Shown: in pieces, positions 39,153-48,777 of the stretch
How positions within the stretch are numbered: the first letter of the stretch is position 1
How the letters are laid out: each line of letters opens with the position of its first letter
NCBI GenBank assembly: GCA_965205865.1
Contig: CBDBHR010000030.1
Span: 1,120,001 to 1,184,000 of the forward strand
Direction of reading: 5' to 3'
DNA length: 64,000 nt
From: a bacterium
GTDB taxonomy: Bacteria; SAR324; NAC60-12
Position numbers and translations under genes: made by a program
The notes under the pieces: model-generated
Database searches by the model: none
What the model was told of the DNA's origin: nothing
What the model saw: only the letters and a program-made list of their open reading frames with translations

Positions 39153-39623
39153 TCAATCATGACACGATCGAGGAATTTCCAACAGTCTTTGATTCGAGTT
39201 CAGGAAATCAGCCGCTTGCCTGGAAATGACATCCAATGCCTCCAGGCGACTCTTGCCCGGCTTTCGGAATCCGCATTCCCAGATTGTCAGGATTCTCCAG
39301 CCCAGATTCTGCAATTCGGACACGGACGCCGAATCACGTCGTGCGTTTGCCTCGAGTTTTGTTTTCCACCATGATCGACGGGTCTTTGGTATCGAGGAAA
39401 GATGACAGCCATGGTAATGCCAGAAGCACCCGTGAATAAACACTACCGATTCATATCTTGAAAAGACCATATCAGGTGTTCCGAATAGGTCCTTCCGGTG
39501 CAGGCGATAACGAAATCCCATAGCAAACAGACGACGACGTATCTCCATTTCAAGCTTGGTATTTTTGGCACGGACCGAGGACATCAATCGACTTCTGGTC
39601 TCTTTGTTTACGATGTCTGCCAT
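39153..39623 (-). CDS. vsr: Very short patch repair endonuclease
   Basis: RSRLMSSVRAKNTKLE, LFGTPD, FIHGCFWH, WRILTIWEC. Confidence 0.93.
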   Translation of the reverse strand: MADIVNKETRSRLMSSVRAKNTKLEMEIRRRLFAMGFRYRLHRKDLFGTPDMVFSRYESVVFIHGCFWHYHGCHLSSIPKTRRSWWKTKLEANARRDSASVSELQNLGWRILTIWECGFRKPGKSRLEALDVISRQAADFLNSNQRLLEIPRSCHD

Positions 39624-39693
39624 GGATATGGACTAGGTCGATTGTCAATACTTCCGTCTTCATGTAGATTGTAACTTGGAAATATGAGGTAAA

Positions 39694-41625
39694 TTATAGG
39701 CTCCGCACATTCTTCAACCCGTGCTGCTCCAGGATGGCCGCGAGGTTTGTTTTGGCAACATCGTCTTCGAAGGCGCTGTCGCGGAAGACAATGGTGGTGT
39801 CGCCCGTGGGTTCGAGTTGCTTATGCCACTCGACAATTCCCAGGGCCAGCGGCTCGACTTCCTCACAGGTGATCTTCTCGTCAAGGCAGGTGATCAATGT
39901 GCCACCTCCGATGAAGCGCACGGACTTGCCAGCGATGGTCCGGGTCTCGACGGGTACGCAGAGGTCAAGCCCCAGCTTCAGGAGCAGTTCGTAGAGGATG
40001 TCTTCCTCACTTCGGTCCGGCTTGATGTGGTCAATGCTATCGAGCAAGGTTCCTTCCAGGTCGTCGCGGTTCGGCTCCCATGCGCGAATGTTGGAGGTGT
40101 CGAGCTTGAAAACACGGAAGCCGAGGTCGCCGGCAAATAGTGGATTCTCATCCTTGATCTTGTTCGCTGCTCGTCGGAGACGTTCCTTCGTCAGCTCGGC
40201 GATGTTGCTGGGCTTACCTATTTTGTCACAGAATTTGGCACCGATTTGCTGCTCCCTGCTCTCTAGGCGGATAGGTTCCGGAAGTTGGACGAGGATGTAG
40301 CGACGATTACAAGAGTCAGCAGCATTGTACTCCATCACCGCGTGTGCAGTGGTTCCACTACCAGAAAAGAAATCAAGAATTACAGATGATTTATCATTTG
40401 CAACCATTTGCAGGATATGCCGTAGTAAACCAACGGGTTTCGGAAAACTGAAAACCTTCTCTCCATCAAACAGGGCCTTCAAATCCCTAGTCGCTTTTTT
40501 GTTTCCTTCCAATCCTTCCCAAAGGTTCGTCGGCTGCTTCAAACGTCCCTCCAAGTAGAATTTCTGGTATACTTGCCATCTCACTATTCTATTTCTTATT
40601 ACCTGTTGCCATTCAATGTGACCATCAGCCACCATTTCCTCGTACCTTTCCTTTCCGCAAATCCATCGGCTTTCGTAGCCTGCGGGAGCCATAGGATAGA
40701 CCGTCGTCCCATCGGGGGCAGAAATGCCATAGTACATGCTAGGTCGATCTTCGCGGCGATCCTCCGCACCAGTACGACGCAGCGAACGGATTAGATATTT
40801 ACCACCCTCATCCTCCTTGTCATAGATGGTGGCATCCTCCTTGGTGAATGTAACCCCCGATATCTCGACATCTGGGAGCTTCAGGTAAATCAAGACATTG
40901 TCGGTCTCATTTACTAATGAACGGAACCCGCCGCCAGTTGGAGTTCCCGTCACTCGCGCGACACATCCAGCGAAGCATTCTGCACCGAACACCTCATTGC
41001 AAATCATCTTGAGATTTGCCAACTCATTGTCATCAATTGAGATAAAAATCGCACCCAGTGTCGAGAGAAGAGTTCTTGCTATTTTCAACCTCGGATACAT
41101 CATGTTCAGCCAATAGGTGTGAAACCGACCCGAAGTTTCCGTGTTGGAAGAAAGTTTCCCGGCATCGCCATCAATCTGTCCAGTCAACACAAGGTAGTTC
41201 TTGATGTTGTCTCGGTAGTCGTCACGATAGACGAAGTCCTTCCCTGTGTTATATGGCGGGTCGATGTAAATGAGCTTCACTTTGCCGGAGTAGCTCTTCT
41301 GTAACAACTTGAGCACTTCCAGGTTGTCGCCTTCGATCATCAGGTTTTGGGTCGTTTCCCAGTCGACGCTTTCTTCCGGGCAGGGGCGCAGGGTTCCCGT
41401 GCTCGGCGTCAGCGCGAGCTGCCGGGCCTGCCGTTTGCCGTGCCAGTTGAGACCGTACTTTTCCTCATGCTCGTCCACTTCGCCACCAAGCAATTGCTTG
41501 AGCACCTCGAAGTCGATCTTCCCTTCGCTGAAAGCCTCGGGGAACAGGGATTTCAAATAATCGAGGTTTTCGGCAACAATATCTTTTGAACTTGTCTCTG
41601 GGGCATTGGCGGTGATCTTATTCAT
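39694..41625 (-). CDS. mod: Type III R-M methyltransferase Mod subunit
   Basis: EKYGLNWHGK, IEGDNLEVLK, IYIDPPYNTG, WLNMMYPRL, FPKP, DFFSGSGTT; in-frame upstream ATG at 41646. Confidence 0.95.
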   Translation of the reverse strand: MNKITANAPETSSKDIVAENLDYLKSLFPEAFSEGKIDFEVLKQLLGGEVDEHEEKYGLNWHGKRQARQLALTPSTGTLRPCPEESVDWETTQNLMIEGDNLEVLKLLQKSYSGKVKLIYIDPPYNTGKDFVYRDDYRDNIKNYLVLTGQIDGDAGKLSSNTETSGRFHTYWLNMMYPRLKIARTLLSTLGAIFISIDDNELANLKMICNEVFGAECFAGCVARVTGTPTGGGFRSLVNETDNVLIYLKLPDVEISGVTFTKEDATIYDKEDEGGKYLIRSLRRTGAEDRREDRPSMYYGISAPDGTTVYPMAPAGYESRWICGKERYEEMVADGHIEWQQVIRNRIVRWQVYQKFYLEGRLKQPTNLWEGLEGNKKATRDLKALFDGEKVFSFPKPVGLLRHILQMVANDKSSVILDFFSGSGTTAHAVMEYNAADSCNRRYILVQLPEPIRLESREQQIGAKFCDKIGKPSNIAELTKERLRRAANKIKDENPLFAGDLGFRVFKLDTSNIRAWEPNRDDLEGTLLDSIDHIKPDRSEEDILYELLLKLGLDLCVPVETRTIAGKSVRFIGGGTLITCLDEKITCEEVEPLALGIVEWHKQLEPTGDTTIVFRDSAFEDDVAKTNLAAILEQHGLKNVRSL

Positions 41626-41845
41626 TTGATCTATTGAAAATTTCATGTCTTACTTGGTTCCAGTCGAGTACCGGATCGGTCGGGTCGCGAAGTCGTTCCC
41701 GGGTTACATTGATGTCTTCAAAATCCTCCAAATAGCGTTCCAACGCATGGCGAACGATTTCGGCACGGCTGCGATTGAGTTCCGCCGCCGCCGTATCCAA
41801 CGCTTGCAACAGCTTATCGGGAACTTGCGCAGTGATTTGACTGAT
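41618..41845 (-). pseudogene. Ribbon-helix-helix antitoxin, copy 1 (start codon ATC instead of ATG)
   Basis: Paralog of 43492-43713; aaggagttcatc-ATC here versus -ATG there. Confidence 0.7.
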
Positions 41846-42240
41846 GATGAACTCCTTTTGGACGGGTTCGATTCAGATTATACTTCCGATTGCCTCGTAA
41901 TTTATCACGTTTGACTGGCCCGGTGCAACTTTGTCAGGATAGTGGAAACGCTTCTTCTTTCAAGGGTTCATTTTGACGGAACCTGCGCATGTATCGGTCC
42001 TGGCGCCTCAGCATGTTCGCTGGTAATCAGTTACCCTTAGGAATGAAATTTAAATAAGTTAGAAGTATGGATACGCAAAATTAGGGTACACGTAACAGCA
42101 GGCATAAAACAGTAGAGTTGGGATGCGCAGCGGTGTACATGTCCCCCAATTTTGCTCACACCATTGGAAGAATTACAGGTTATTTAAGGTTTGTTCCTTA
42201 GGCTCCTTGAATGTCCTGTCCTTTTGAGGATCTCATCACC
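41643..42240. repeat. Diverged direct duplicate of 43511-~44160 (RHH gene, upstream region, rlmN 3' end)
   Basis: Colinear similarity, including a degenerate SKGQDIQGA..LITSEHAEAPGPIHAQVPSK* matching the RlmN C-terminus. Confidence 0.8.
42040..42197. mobile_element. 158-bp MITE with TTA target duplication
   Basis: TTA|GGAATGAAATTTAAATAA...TTATTTAAGGTTTGTTCC|TTA interrupts the rlmN-like remnant. Confidence 0.7.
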
Positions 42241-42337
42241 ACTGCCAGGAGTTTGAAGTTCCGGAAACAACGTGATTGTGGGGATAGCAGGACGCTGATC
42301 AATAAAGGTTTCGATTTGGCTGGCATGGGAGTGGATA

Positions 42338-42790
42338 TTAATGAACCACCCATAAATACCAACGATAGCTGCTTTTGCCTTCGAGGCTTTCAAAAACCAT
42401 CCAACGCGTTTCGTCAGCATGCCGGTGGGTGTCGTTTAATTGTTTTTTAACCATTACTACGCAGAGGGGTAACAGAAGAGGTAATAAACTTTTAAACCAT
42501 CGGTGAGAGTTCCTTGAGAGAGAAAAAGACTTCGAGCTTCCCATTGACGAATAAAGCGATAAGTCGGTTGGTGAGACCAATATTTGCTCAGAATCTCCTC
42601 CACCCAGACCGAGATCCCCAATTTGGCTTTGGGAAGCAGTTTAGACGCGGGTGGCGCTGTGATGATCGTTGGGGTGGAAGGACAGTGACAGGTTCTCTGG
42701 TAGCGCTTACGGCGAAATTTTTTCACATGGGCGGTCACCTTCTGCTGTCTTGGGGAGAGAAAACATACAATCGGCAATAAAAACTTCAAT
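42338..42790 (-). pseudogene. IS66-family transposase fragment
   Basis: RRKRYQRTCHC..IITAP..PKAKLGISVW..QPTYR..GTLTDGL and, in another frame, HADETRWMVF..RWYLWV. Confidence 0.7.
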
Positions 42791-42793
42791 GGG

Positions 42794-43225
42794 TTAACCG
42801 GGCAGAATGTCTCTTTCTTCTGCCTCGGAACTATCGGAATAAACCGCTTGTTGGATGATGCGGCTGGTGATTTCATCCAGATGGGAAACCAACGCTTCGG
42901 ATAAGTCCAAAAAGGCCGGCCAGAGAGTTTGATCCACAAATGATTTCGATATTTGAGTCATCACTGTCGTGTTACGTTGCCCTCGATAACGGTAAGGACG
43001 AAACCCGTATCGTCTCAGCAGAGCAACAAACAAACGCCGCCTCCAGGAGTCGGGAAAGGTGAATTTGTATTCAACAACAGGATCCTGTTGTTGAATCTTG
43101 CGCAATCTTTCCCCGACCCGTCGCAGAGCTTCTTCGGCGGCAAGGCGTTCCCCTTTTGTGGTGGCTCCTTCATAGAGTCGCTCAATGCTTTTGAGCTTTT
43201 CAATCAGAGAAGTTTCTGAAGACAT
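42794..43225 (-). CDS. Hypothetical protein
   Basis: 143-aa ORF, LIEKLKSIERL..GATTKGERLAA (DUF2786-like N-terminus), PYRYRGQR. Confidence 0.6.
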   Translation of the reverse strand: MSSETSLIEKLKSIERLYEGATTKGERLAAEEALRRVGERLRKIQQQDPVVEYKFTFPDSWRRRLFVALLRRYGFRPYRYRGQRNTTVMTQISKSFVDQTLWPAFLDLSEALVSHLDEITSRIIQQAVYSDSSEAEERDILPG

Positions 43226-43414
43226 GAGGCATCTTTAAGGTAAAAAACTGACAAAAAAGAAAACACTGCAAGTACTCTAAGCAGGATGTGGAGCATTAGA
43301 AAGAAAAAAACGGGGTTAAGCGAATATTTACACGTGACACTGGTTAAAGTTAATATTTTCAAACAGTTGACAGCAAAGAAGTTTTGTGTCTCGGCGCACG
43401 GCCCAGACTTGATC

Positions 43415-43514
43415 TCGACATAACGATGACCTGCGCAATGCGCTTGCGATCCGGTTGTGGAATCCGCGCCAACACTCTGTCCTCGCTGCGCTTAATCCGG
43501 ATCGATTAGTTCAT
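43415..43514 (-). pseudogene. RelE-like toxin remnant
   Basis: MN*SIRIKRSEDRVLARIPQPDRKRIAQVI overlapping the antitoxin end; stop at codon 3, truncated. Confidence 0.55.
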
Positions 43515-43713
43515 GTCTTACTTGGTTCCAGTCGAGTACCGGGTCGGTCGGGTCGCGAAGCCGTTCCTGGCTTACAGTAAGGTCTTCAAAATCCTCCAAG
43601 TATCGTTCCAACGCATGGCGAACGATTTCGGCACGGCTGAGCTCGAGTTCCGCCGCCGCCGTATCCAACTCTTCCAACAGCGTATCGGGGACTTGCGCAG
43701 TGATTTGGCTCAT
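43492..43713 (-). CDS. Ribbon-helix-helix (CopG/RelB-like) antitoxin, copy 2
   Basis: MSQITAQVPDTLLEELD..SRAEIVRHALERYLEDFED; AAGGAG RBS. Confidence 0.8.
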   Translation of the reverse strand: MSQITAQVPDTLLEELDTAAAELELSRAEIVRHALERYLEDFEDLTVSQERLRDPTDPVLDWNQVRHELIDPD

Positions 43714-43771
43714 GATGAACTCCTTTTGGACGGATTCGATCTTGATGATACCTTCGGTTGCCTCGTAATTT

Positions 43772-43982
43772 AACCAGAGTCGAGATAAGAATTTAATAAA
43801 TTCAATATGTTATGAAATCTTCATATCTTAGAGAAAGCTTGTCATTCCTGCGAGATCCCTGCGTACGCAGGGAAGGAATCCAGAGATATGCAGCCAGACT
43901 GAAATCTGGATCCCCGCTTTCGCGAGGATGACATAGACACTAGGATACTCATATTATTGAAGATCTATGTCGAACTCAGGTT
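43772..43982 (+). mobile_element. MITE family A, copy 3
   Basis: AATTT duplicated at 43767-43771 and 43983-43987; empty site visible at 41899-41903. Confidence 0.88.
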
Positions 43983-44052
43983 AATTTATCATGTTTGCCT
44001 TACCCGACGCAACTGTGCCGGAGTTTGCGGCAATGCTTCTTCTTTCAAGGGT

Positions 44053-45132
44053 TCATTTTGCCGGAACCTGAACAAGCGGCGGTCTCGGTACTTCAGCGGG
44101 TTCTCTGGTAATCAGTTGTCCACAGGCCCCTTGAATGTCCTGTCCTTTGGAAATTCTCAGGGTGGCGGTGACTCCGTGATTGTACAGGTAGCTCTGAAAA
44201 GTCCGGATACTTTCCCAAGAAGGGCGTTTGTATTTGCTGCCGGGAGATTCGTTGTAGGGGATAAGGTTGATTTTGAATTTCAAGCCATGCAGGAGTCGAA
44301 TCAGCCGTTTGGCGTCGGCAACGTCGTCAGTGAGATTTTGGATCAGAATATATTCAAATGTGATCCGTTTTCGTGATTCGAGAGGATAGGCCAGACAACC
44401 GGCCAGCAATTTTTTCAGATCGTAGGTTTTGTTGACTGGCATCAGTTGCGTGCGCAGGGTATCATTGACCCCATTGAGCGATACTGCCAGATTGGCTTTC
44501 ACCGATTCCTGACCGAAACGGATGATTTGAGGCACCAAACCCGAAGTGGACACCGTGACCCGTCTGGAAGAAAAATTGAATCCCACGTCGGCCAGCATGA
44601 TTTCCAGGGACGAGATGAGGTTCTCGTAGTTATGAAAAGGTTCTCCCATGCCCATGAAGACCACGTTGCGCACCCCTTCTCCATGCGGTAAATCTTTCCA
44701 TGATTCCAGAATCTGATCAATGATCTCTCCCGGAGTGAGATTGCGGATCCATCCCATTTTTGCAGTCATGCAGAAATCACAGCCCATCGCGCATCCCACC
44801 TGTGAAGAAACACAGACCGTATAGTGGTCCCGGTGCGGCATGAGCACCGATTCGATACATTGTCCATCCTGCAAGGCGAAGGAATATTTGATCGAGCCGT
44901 CTTCAGAGTGCGCCTGCTGCGCTCGAATGAGACGGCTGATGAAAAAATGGCGTTCCAGTCTCTCCCGTAAGTCCTTGGACATATTGGTCATTTCTCCAAA
45001 ATCTTCCACCCGTTTTTGATAAAGCCAATGGAAGATCTGTCTGGCGCGAAATGGCTTTTCGTCATGTGAGACAAACCACTCGGTCAATGCCGGCAGCGTA
45101 TAGTCTTTGATATTTTTTCGTGTGGTTTCCAT
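44053..45132 (-). CDS. rlmN: 23S rRNA m2A2503 radical-SAM methyltransferase
   Basis: CVSSQVGCAMGCDFC, VFMGMGEP, STSG, ITFEY, NLIPYN, GACGQL. Confidence 0.97.
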   Translation of the reverse strand: METTRKNIKDYTLPALTEWFVSHDEKPFRARQIFHWLYQKRVEDFGEMTNMSKDLRERLERHFFISRLIRAQQAHSEDGSIKYSFALQDGQCIESVLMPHRDHYTVCVSSQVGCAMGCDFCMTAKMGWIRNLTPGEIIDQILESWKDLPHGEGVRNVVFMGMGEPFHNYENLISSLEIMLADVGFNFSSRRVTVSTSGLVPQIIRFGQESVKANLAVSLNGVNDTLRTQLMPVNKTYDLKKLLAGCLAYPLESRKRITFEYILIQNLTDDVADAKRLIRLLHGLKFKINLIPYNESPGSKYKRPSWESIRTFQSYLYNHGVTATLRISKGQDIQGACGQLITREPAEVPRPPLVQVPAK

Positions 45133-45180
45133 AAGAGGATATTTGGTTTTTGCGATAACCGGCAATAGGGACCGGAAAGG

Positions 45181-46356
45181 TCAGGCGGTAGAGGGGCGGG
45201 CCTCGAATCGCCGGATCACTAAAAGCAGCAGCATGATTGCCAGGACCGGCAGCGCGAGCATATTCAACCAGTTCCACCCTGCCAGATAAATAAGAGTACC
45301 GGCAGAGAGAGAGGCCAGGGCCTGAATGCCGAAAACCGTAAATTCGTTGAATGCCTGGGCTTTGAAGCGTTCAGCCGGGCGATAATTTCGAGTCAGCAAA
45401 ATGGTACCTCCCACGAATAAAAAATTCCAGCCCACTCCCAGCAAGACCAACGCCCCCCAATAGTGTAATAAGTGCGCATGCGGAAGTGCAATACCCACGC
45501 AAACGAAGAGGAGCATCACTCCGGCAATCATCACTTGAAACAGGCCGAATCGCTGTACCAGGTATCCGGTGAACAAGGAAGGGAGGTACATGGCGATCAC
45601 GTGGCTTTGAATCACCCATGCCGTCTCATCGAGTGAATAACCATCCATGATATGCATGCTGATCGGCGTCGCCGTCATGATCAGACTCATGACGGCATAT
45701 CCCACCACTCCTGCCAGAATGGCGGTGTAATAAAGAGGTTGTATCAAAATAACAGGCAGGGGTCGCTCTTCTCCTTCGGCATCACTTTCTTTGGGTTTGA
45801 TATCTCGGAGGAAGAAAAGCAGCAATGCGGTCAGGAAATAAAGGAAAGACAAACTGATAAAAGAGCCTGCATATAGTTTGAATTCCCATAGATCTTTGGC
45901 GCGTTTTGCCACTTCGGGCCCCAAATATCCTCCCAGGATGCCTCCCACCAGGACCAATGAAATAGCCCTGCCTGCCTGAGAAGAATCCACGCTTTCCGCC
46001 GCGGCAAAACGGTATTGTTGTACAAAAGCCGTATTGCCACCTATGAAAAGAATGGCGGCGCAAAACAAAACAAAACTCTCTGTTTGAATCGCATATGCCG
46101 CTCCCAGCGAAGCAATGGCGGCAATGCCGATTGCGATCATAAAACCCAAACGGCGCCCGATACGCTTCATCAACAAAGACGCCGGAATGGTGAACAACGC
46201 CACTCCGATAATCATCAGAGCAATCGGCAAAGTCGCCCAAGAAGGATAAGGGGCCAAATCCGCTCCAATGATGCCACCTAAAAAAATCACCATGGGAGCT
46301 CCGCACATTCCCAATGCCTGACTGAAACCGAGAACGATTATATTTCGATTGAGCAA
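45181..46356 (-). CDS. MFS transporter
   Basis: ~12 TM segments, GRRLGF, QQYRFAAAE, GVGWNF. Confidence 0.88.
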   Translation of the reverse strand: MLNRNIIVLGFSQALGMCGAPMVIFLGGIIGADLAPYPSWATLPIALMIIGVALFTIPASLLMKRIGRRLGFMIAIGIAAIASLGAAYAIQTESFVLFCAAILFIGGNTAFVQQYRFAAAESVDSSQAGRAISLVLVGGILGGYLGPEVAKRAKDLWEFKLYAGSFISLSFLYFLTALLLFFLRDIKPKESDAEGEERPLPVILIQPLYYTAILAGVVGYAVMSLIMTATPISMHIMDGYSLDETAWVIQSHVIAMYLPSLFTGYLVQRFGLFQVMIAGVMLLFVCVGIALPHAHLLHYWGALVLLGVGWNFLFVGGTILLTRNYRPAERFKAQAFNEFTVFGIQALASLSAGTLIYLAGWNWLNMLALPVLAIMLLLLVIRRFEARPSTA

Positions 46357-46374
46357 AATTTCTCTTCGAGTTTT

Positions 46375-47844
46375 CTATTGAATTGAATGGTTTTCCGGAG
46401 ATACTACGAATCCGCTCTCTTTTTTATGAATGACCCGGGGGAACCAGTGCGCAATGGAATTGGCATAGTAAGACAAGATTTCCAAGGCGTCGGGGGCCAT
46501 TTGGTAGAGATCGTCGAATTGATCGATCAAATGTCGGATATGCAGCATTTTCAATGCGTTTGCAATGGTATATTCCTCGGATTTTCTGGGAAATGAAATC
46601 TTGGCGTCCCGGACCGCCAATTCTTCGATCAATTGATAAACCAGGGCGTGGATCTCGACTATTGAGAATCGGCTGTGCGGATTCCGCACAAAGAGGGTGG
46701 AGAGCAATGAAACCGGAAGAATCGGAATGATCTGTTCGATTTCAGCAAGCAGCTGCTGCGCCAGGATTTCAACCCGGGCAAAGCGATCGGCCCGCTCGAG
46801 TCGACTGAAATCGATGCCCTGTTGCAAGCAATAGGCTTTGGCAGAAACGGGGATGCCAAAATTGACACAGGCGAATCCTAAGCGTCGCCAACGGTGTCGC
46901 GCCATCAGCATCAGGTTATGCCAAACGAAGCCCAGAATGGTTTTCATGACAAATATCTTGTTTCTCTTGACTGCATGGGAATCGAGTTGTCGCAACAGGC
47001 TGCGGTCTTCCAGGGTGCGATCATAATTGACGCCAATGGGAACAAAGACGACATCCCGATCCTGCGCAGGGTCGAATCCACGCAGCATGTAATCGAGAAA
47101 CCCCAATTTTGGTGGGCAAAGTCTGCCATCCTTGCTCAGACCGCCTTCGATAAAAACAGCCTGACACACCCCTTCCCGAGTAGCCATGTGCACGTAGCGC
47201 TCCAGCACTCGCCGGTAAAGTTTGTTTCTGGAGTTGCGGCGTACAAAAAAAGCGCCGGTGGCTTTGATGAGAGTTTGCAACGCCCAGATGCGTGCCCACT
47301 CTCCCACTGCATAAGAAAGGGCGGTGCGTTCCGCCGTCAGGAAAGAGACCAGAATATAATCCATGTTGCTGCGATGATTCATCACAAAAACCACCGTACT
47401 TTGCGGATCAATGGAGGCAATCTGTTGTTCCTCGACAAAACCGACCCGCACACGATAAAACATGCGCGCCACTTTCTTGGCAACCCAGTATCCCGTTCGA
47501 AAATATATATATGCGTTGAATGCGGGGACGATTTCGTCCGCATAATTCAAAACCTTGGCTTGGGCCATCTCCCTGGGAATTTGCTGCTCGGAGGCGTGTT
47601 CTTGAATCGCCTCGATCACTTTGCCATCATAAACCAGGCGATCGATGAGCACCTGTCGTTTTGTCAGTTGAAAGGGCTTGATTTCAATGGCAAGCAAGTT
47701 ATTGATTTCATCCAGCACCTGATTGACTCGTCTGCGCAAAAACCAGCGGACGCTGGGGAAGAGAATCCGGCTCAACAGCGCCCATCCCGTCACAGCCAGC
47801 AGGAGGACAAAGAGCCAGAGTGGCATGTTGATAGTGGCGTTCAT
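46375..47844 (-). CDS. Glycerol-3-phosphate acyltransferase (PlsB-like)
   Basis: NHRSNMDY, FFVRR, FIEGGLSKDG, VPIGVNYD. Confidence 0.85.
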   Translation of the reverse strand: MNATINMPLWLFVLLLAVTGWALLSRILFPSVRWFLRRRVNQVLDEINNLLAIEIKPFQLTKRQVLIDRLVYDGKVIEAIQEHASEQQIPREMAQAKVLNYADEIVPAFNAYIYFRTGYWVAKKVARMFYRVRVGFVEEQQIASIDPQSTVVFVMNHRSNMDYILVSFLTAERTALSYAVGEWARIWALQTLIKATGAFFVRRNSRNKLYRRVLERYVHMATREGVCQAVFIEGGLSKDGRLCPPKLGFLDYMLRGFDPAQDRDVVFVPIGVNYDRTLEDRSLLRQLDSHAVKRNKIFVMKTILGFVWHNLMLMARHRWRRLGFACVNFGIPVSAKAYCLQQGIDFSRLERADRFARVEILAQQLLAEIEQIIPILPVSLLSTLFVRNPHSRFSIVEIHALVYQLIEELAVRDAKISFPRKSEEYTIANALKMLHIRHLIDQFDDLYQMAPDALEILSYYANSIAHWFPRVIHKKESGFVVSPENHSIQ

Positions 47845-47932
47845 CGTTGAAGTTCCTGCGCAACCCATTCCCCTTTTTTTATAGGGATCCGGGGGATTAA
47901 AAAAAATAACGCGGCGCTACCTGGTAATGATG

Positions 47933-48766
47933 CTAATGCAGGGGCTCATTCAGAGAGCCTGAGCGGAATCCCCCCAAGTCCAAAGTCACATATTGATAAC
48001 CGCAGGCTTTGAAACGTTCTTGAATTTGTTGGTGGTGCCGAAGGGCTATTTCAAATTCTTCCGGTAAAATTTCAATCCGTGCAATGGTATCGTGATGACG
48101 GACCCGACATTGGGTGAATCCCAGTCTCTGCAAAATGATTTCTGCCCGTTCAATCTGATTTAAAAGTGCGCGGGAGACGGCTGTGCCATAAGGAACTCTG
48201 CTGGAAAGGCACGCTGCCTGAGGTTTCTTTGCGTTTTCCATTCCCAGATGGGAGGCTAACTTGCGGATTTCCGCCTTGCTGAATCGACAGTCGGCCAGAG
48301 GCGTTCTTACTCCATATTCACGGGCTGCCAACAGACCGGGGCGGTGATCTCCCAAATCGTCGAGGTTGGTCCCATTGACGACATGATGAAACTTTCCGGC
48401 TTTGGCGATTTTTTCCAAATCCTGGTAAAGCGTGGATTTGCAATAGTAACAGCGATTGACGGTATTTGCCGTATAATGGGAATTTTCCAATTCCTCGGTA
48501 TGGATGATTTTATGAGGAATCTGCCATACAGTCGTCAGCTGCACTGTCAATTCCAGGTCGTCGCGCTTCAAGCTGTCGGACGCGGACGTCACCGCCAATG
48601 CTTTGTCCTTCAAGACATGGCCGGCAACGCGGGCAACCAAAGAGCTGTCCACCCCTCCGGAGAACGCGACAACGACACTCTCCAAATTCCGCATGTAGGC
48701 TTGCAATGCTTCGTATTTGAGGGATAGTTCTCGGGAGAGAACCGAATTTTCCGAATGAGCTGACAT
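47933..48766 (-). CDS. larE: LarE family ATP-dependent sulfur transferase
   Basis: AFSGGVDS, RCYYCK, GTNLDDLGDHRPG, ACLSSRVPYG, GFRSGS. Confidence 0.9.
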   Translation of the reverse strand: MSAHSENSVLSRELSLKYEALQAYMRNLESVVVAFSGGVDSSLVARVAGHVLKDKALAVTSASDSLKRDDLELTVQLTTVWQIPHKIIHTEELENSHYTANTVNRCYYCKSTLYQDLEKIAKAGKFHHVVNGTNLDDLGDHRPGLLAAREYGVRTPLADCRFSKAEIRKLASHLGMENAKKPQAACLSSRVPYGTAVSRALLNQIERAEIILQRLGFTQCRVRHHDTIARIEILPEEFEIALRHHQQIQERFKACGYQYVTLDLGGFRSGSLNEPLH

Positions 48767-48777
48767 AGGAGCTCCTT

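Noticed and set aside
39624-39693. Internal sigma70 promoter before vsr
   Set aside because: TTGACA is present but there is no properly spaced -10 element.
31788-41646. Assignment to DISARM, BREX or Mza-type systems
   Set aside because: No DrmA/B, PglZ/BrxC, Z1 or AIPR genes are seen; Mod and Res are canonical Type III.
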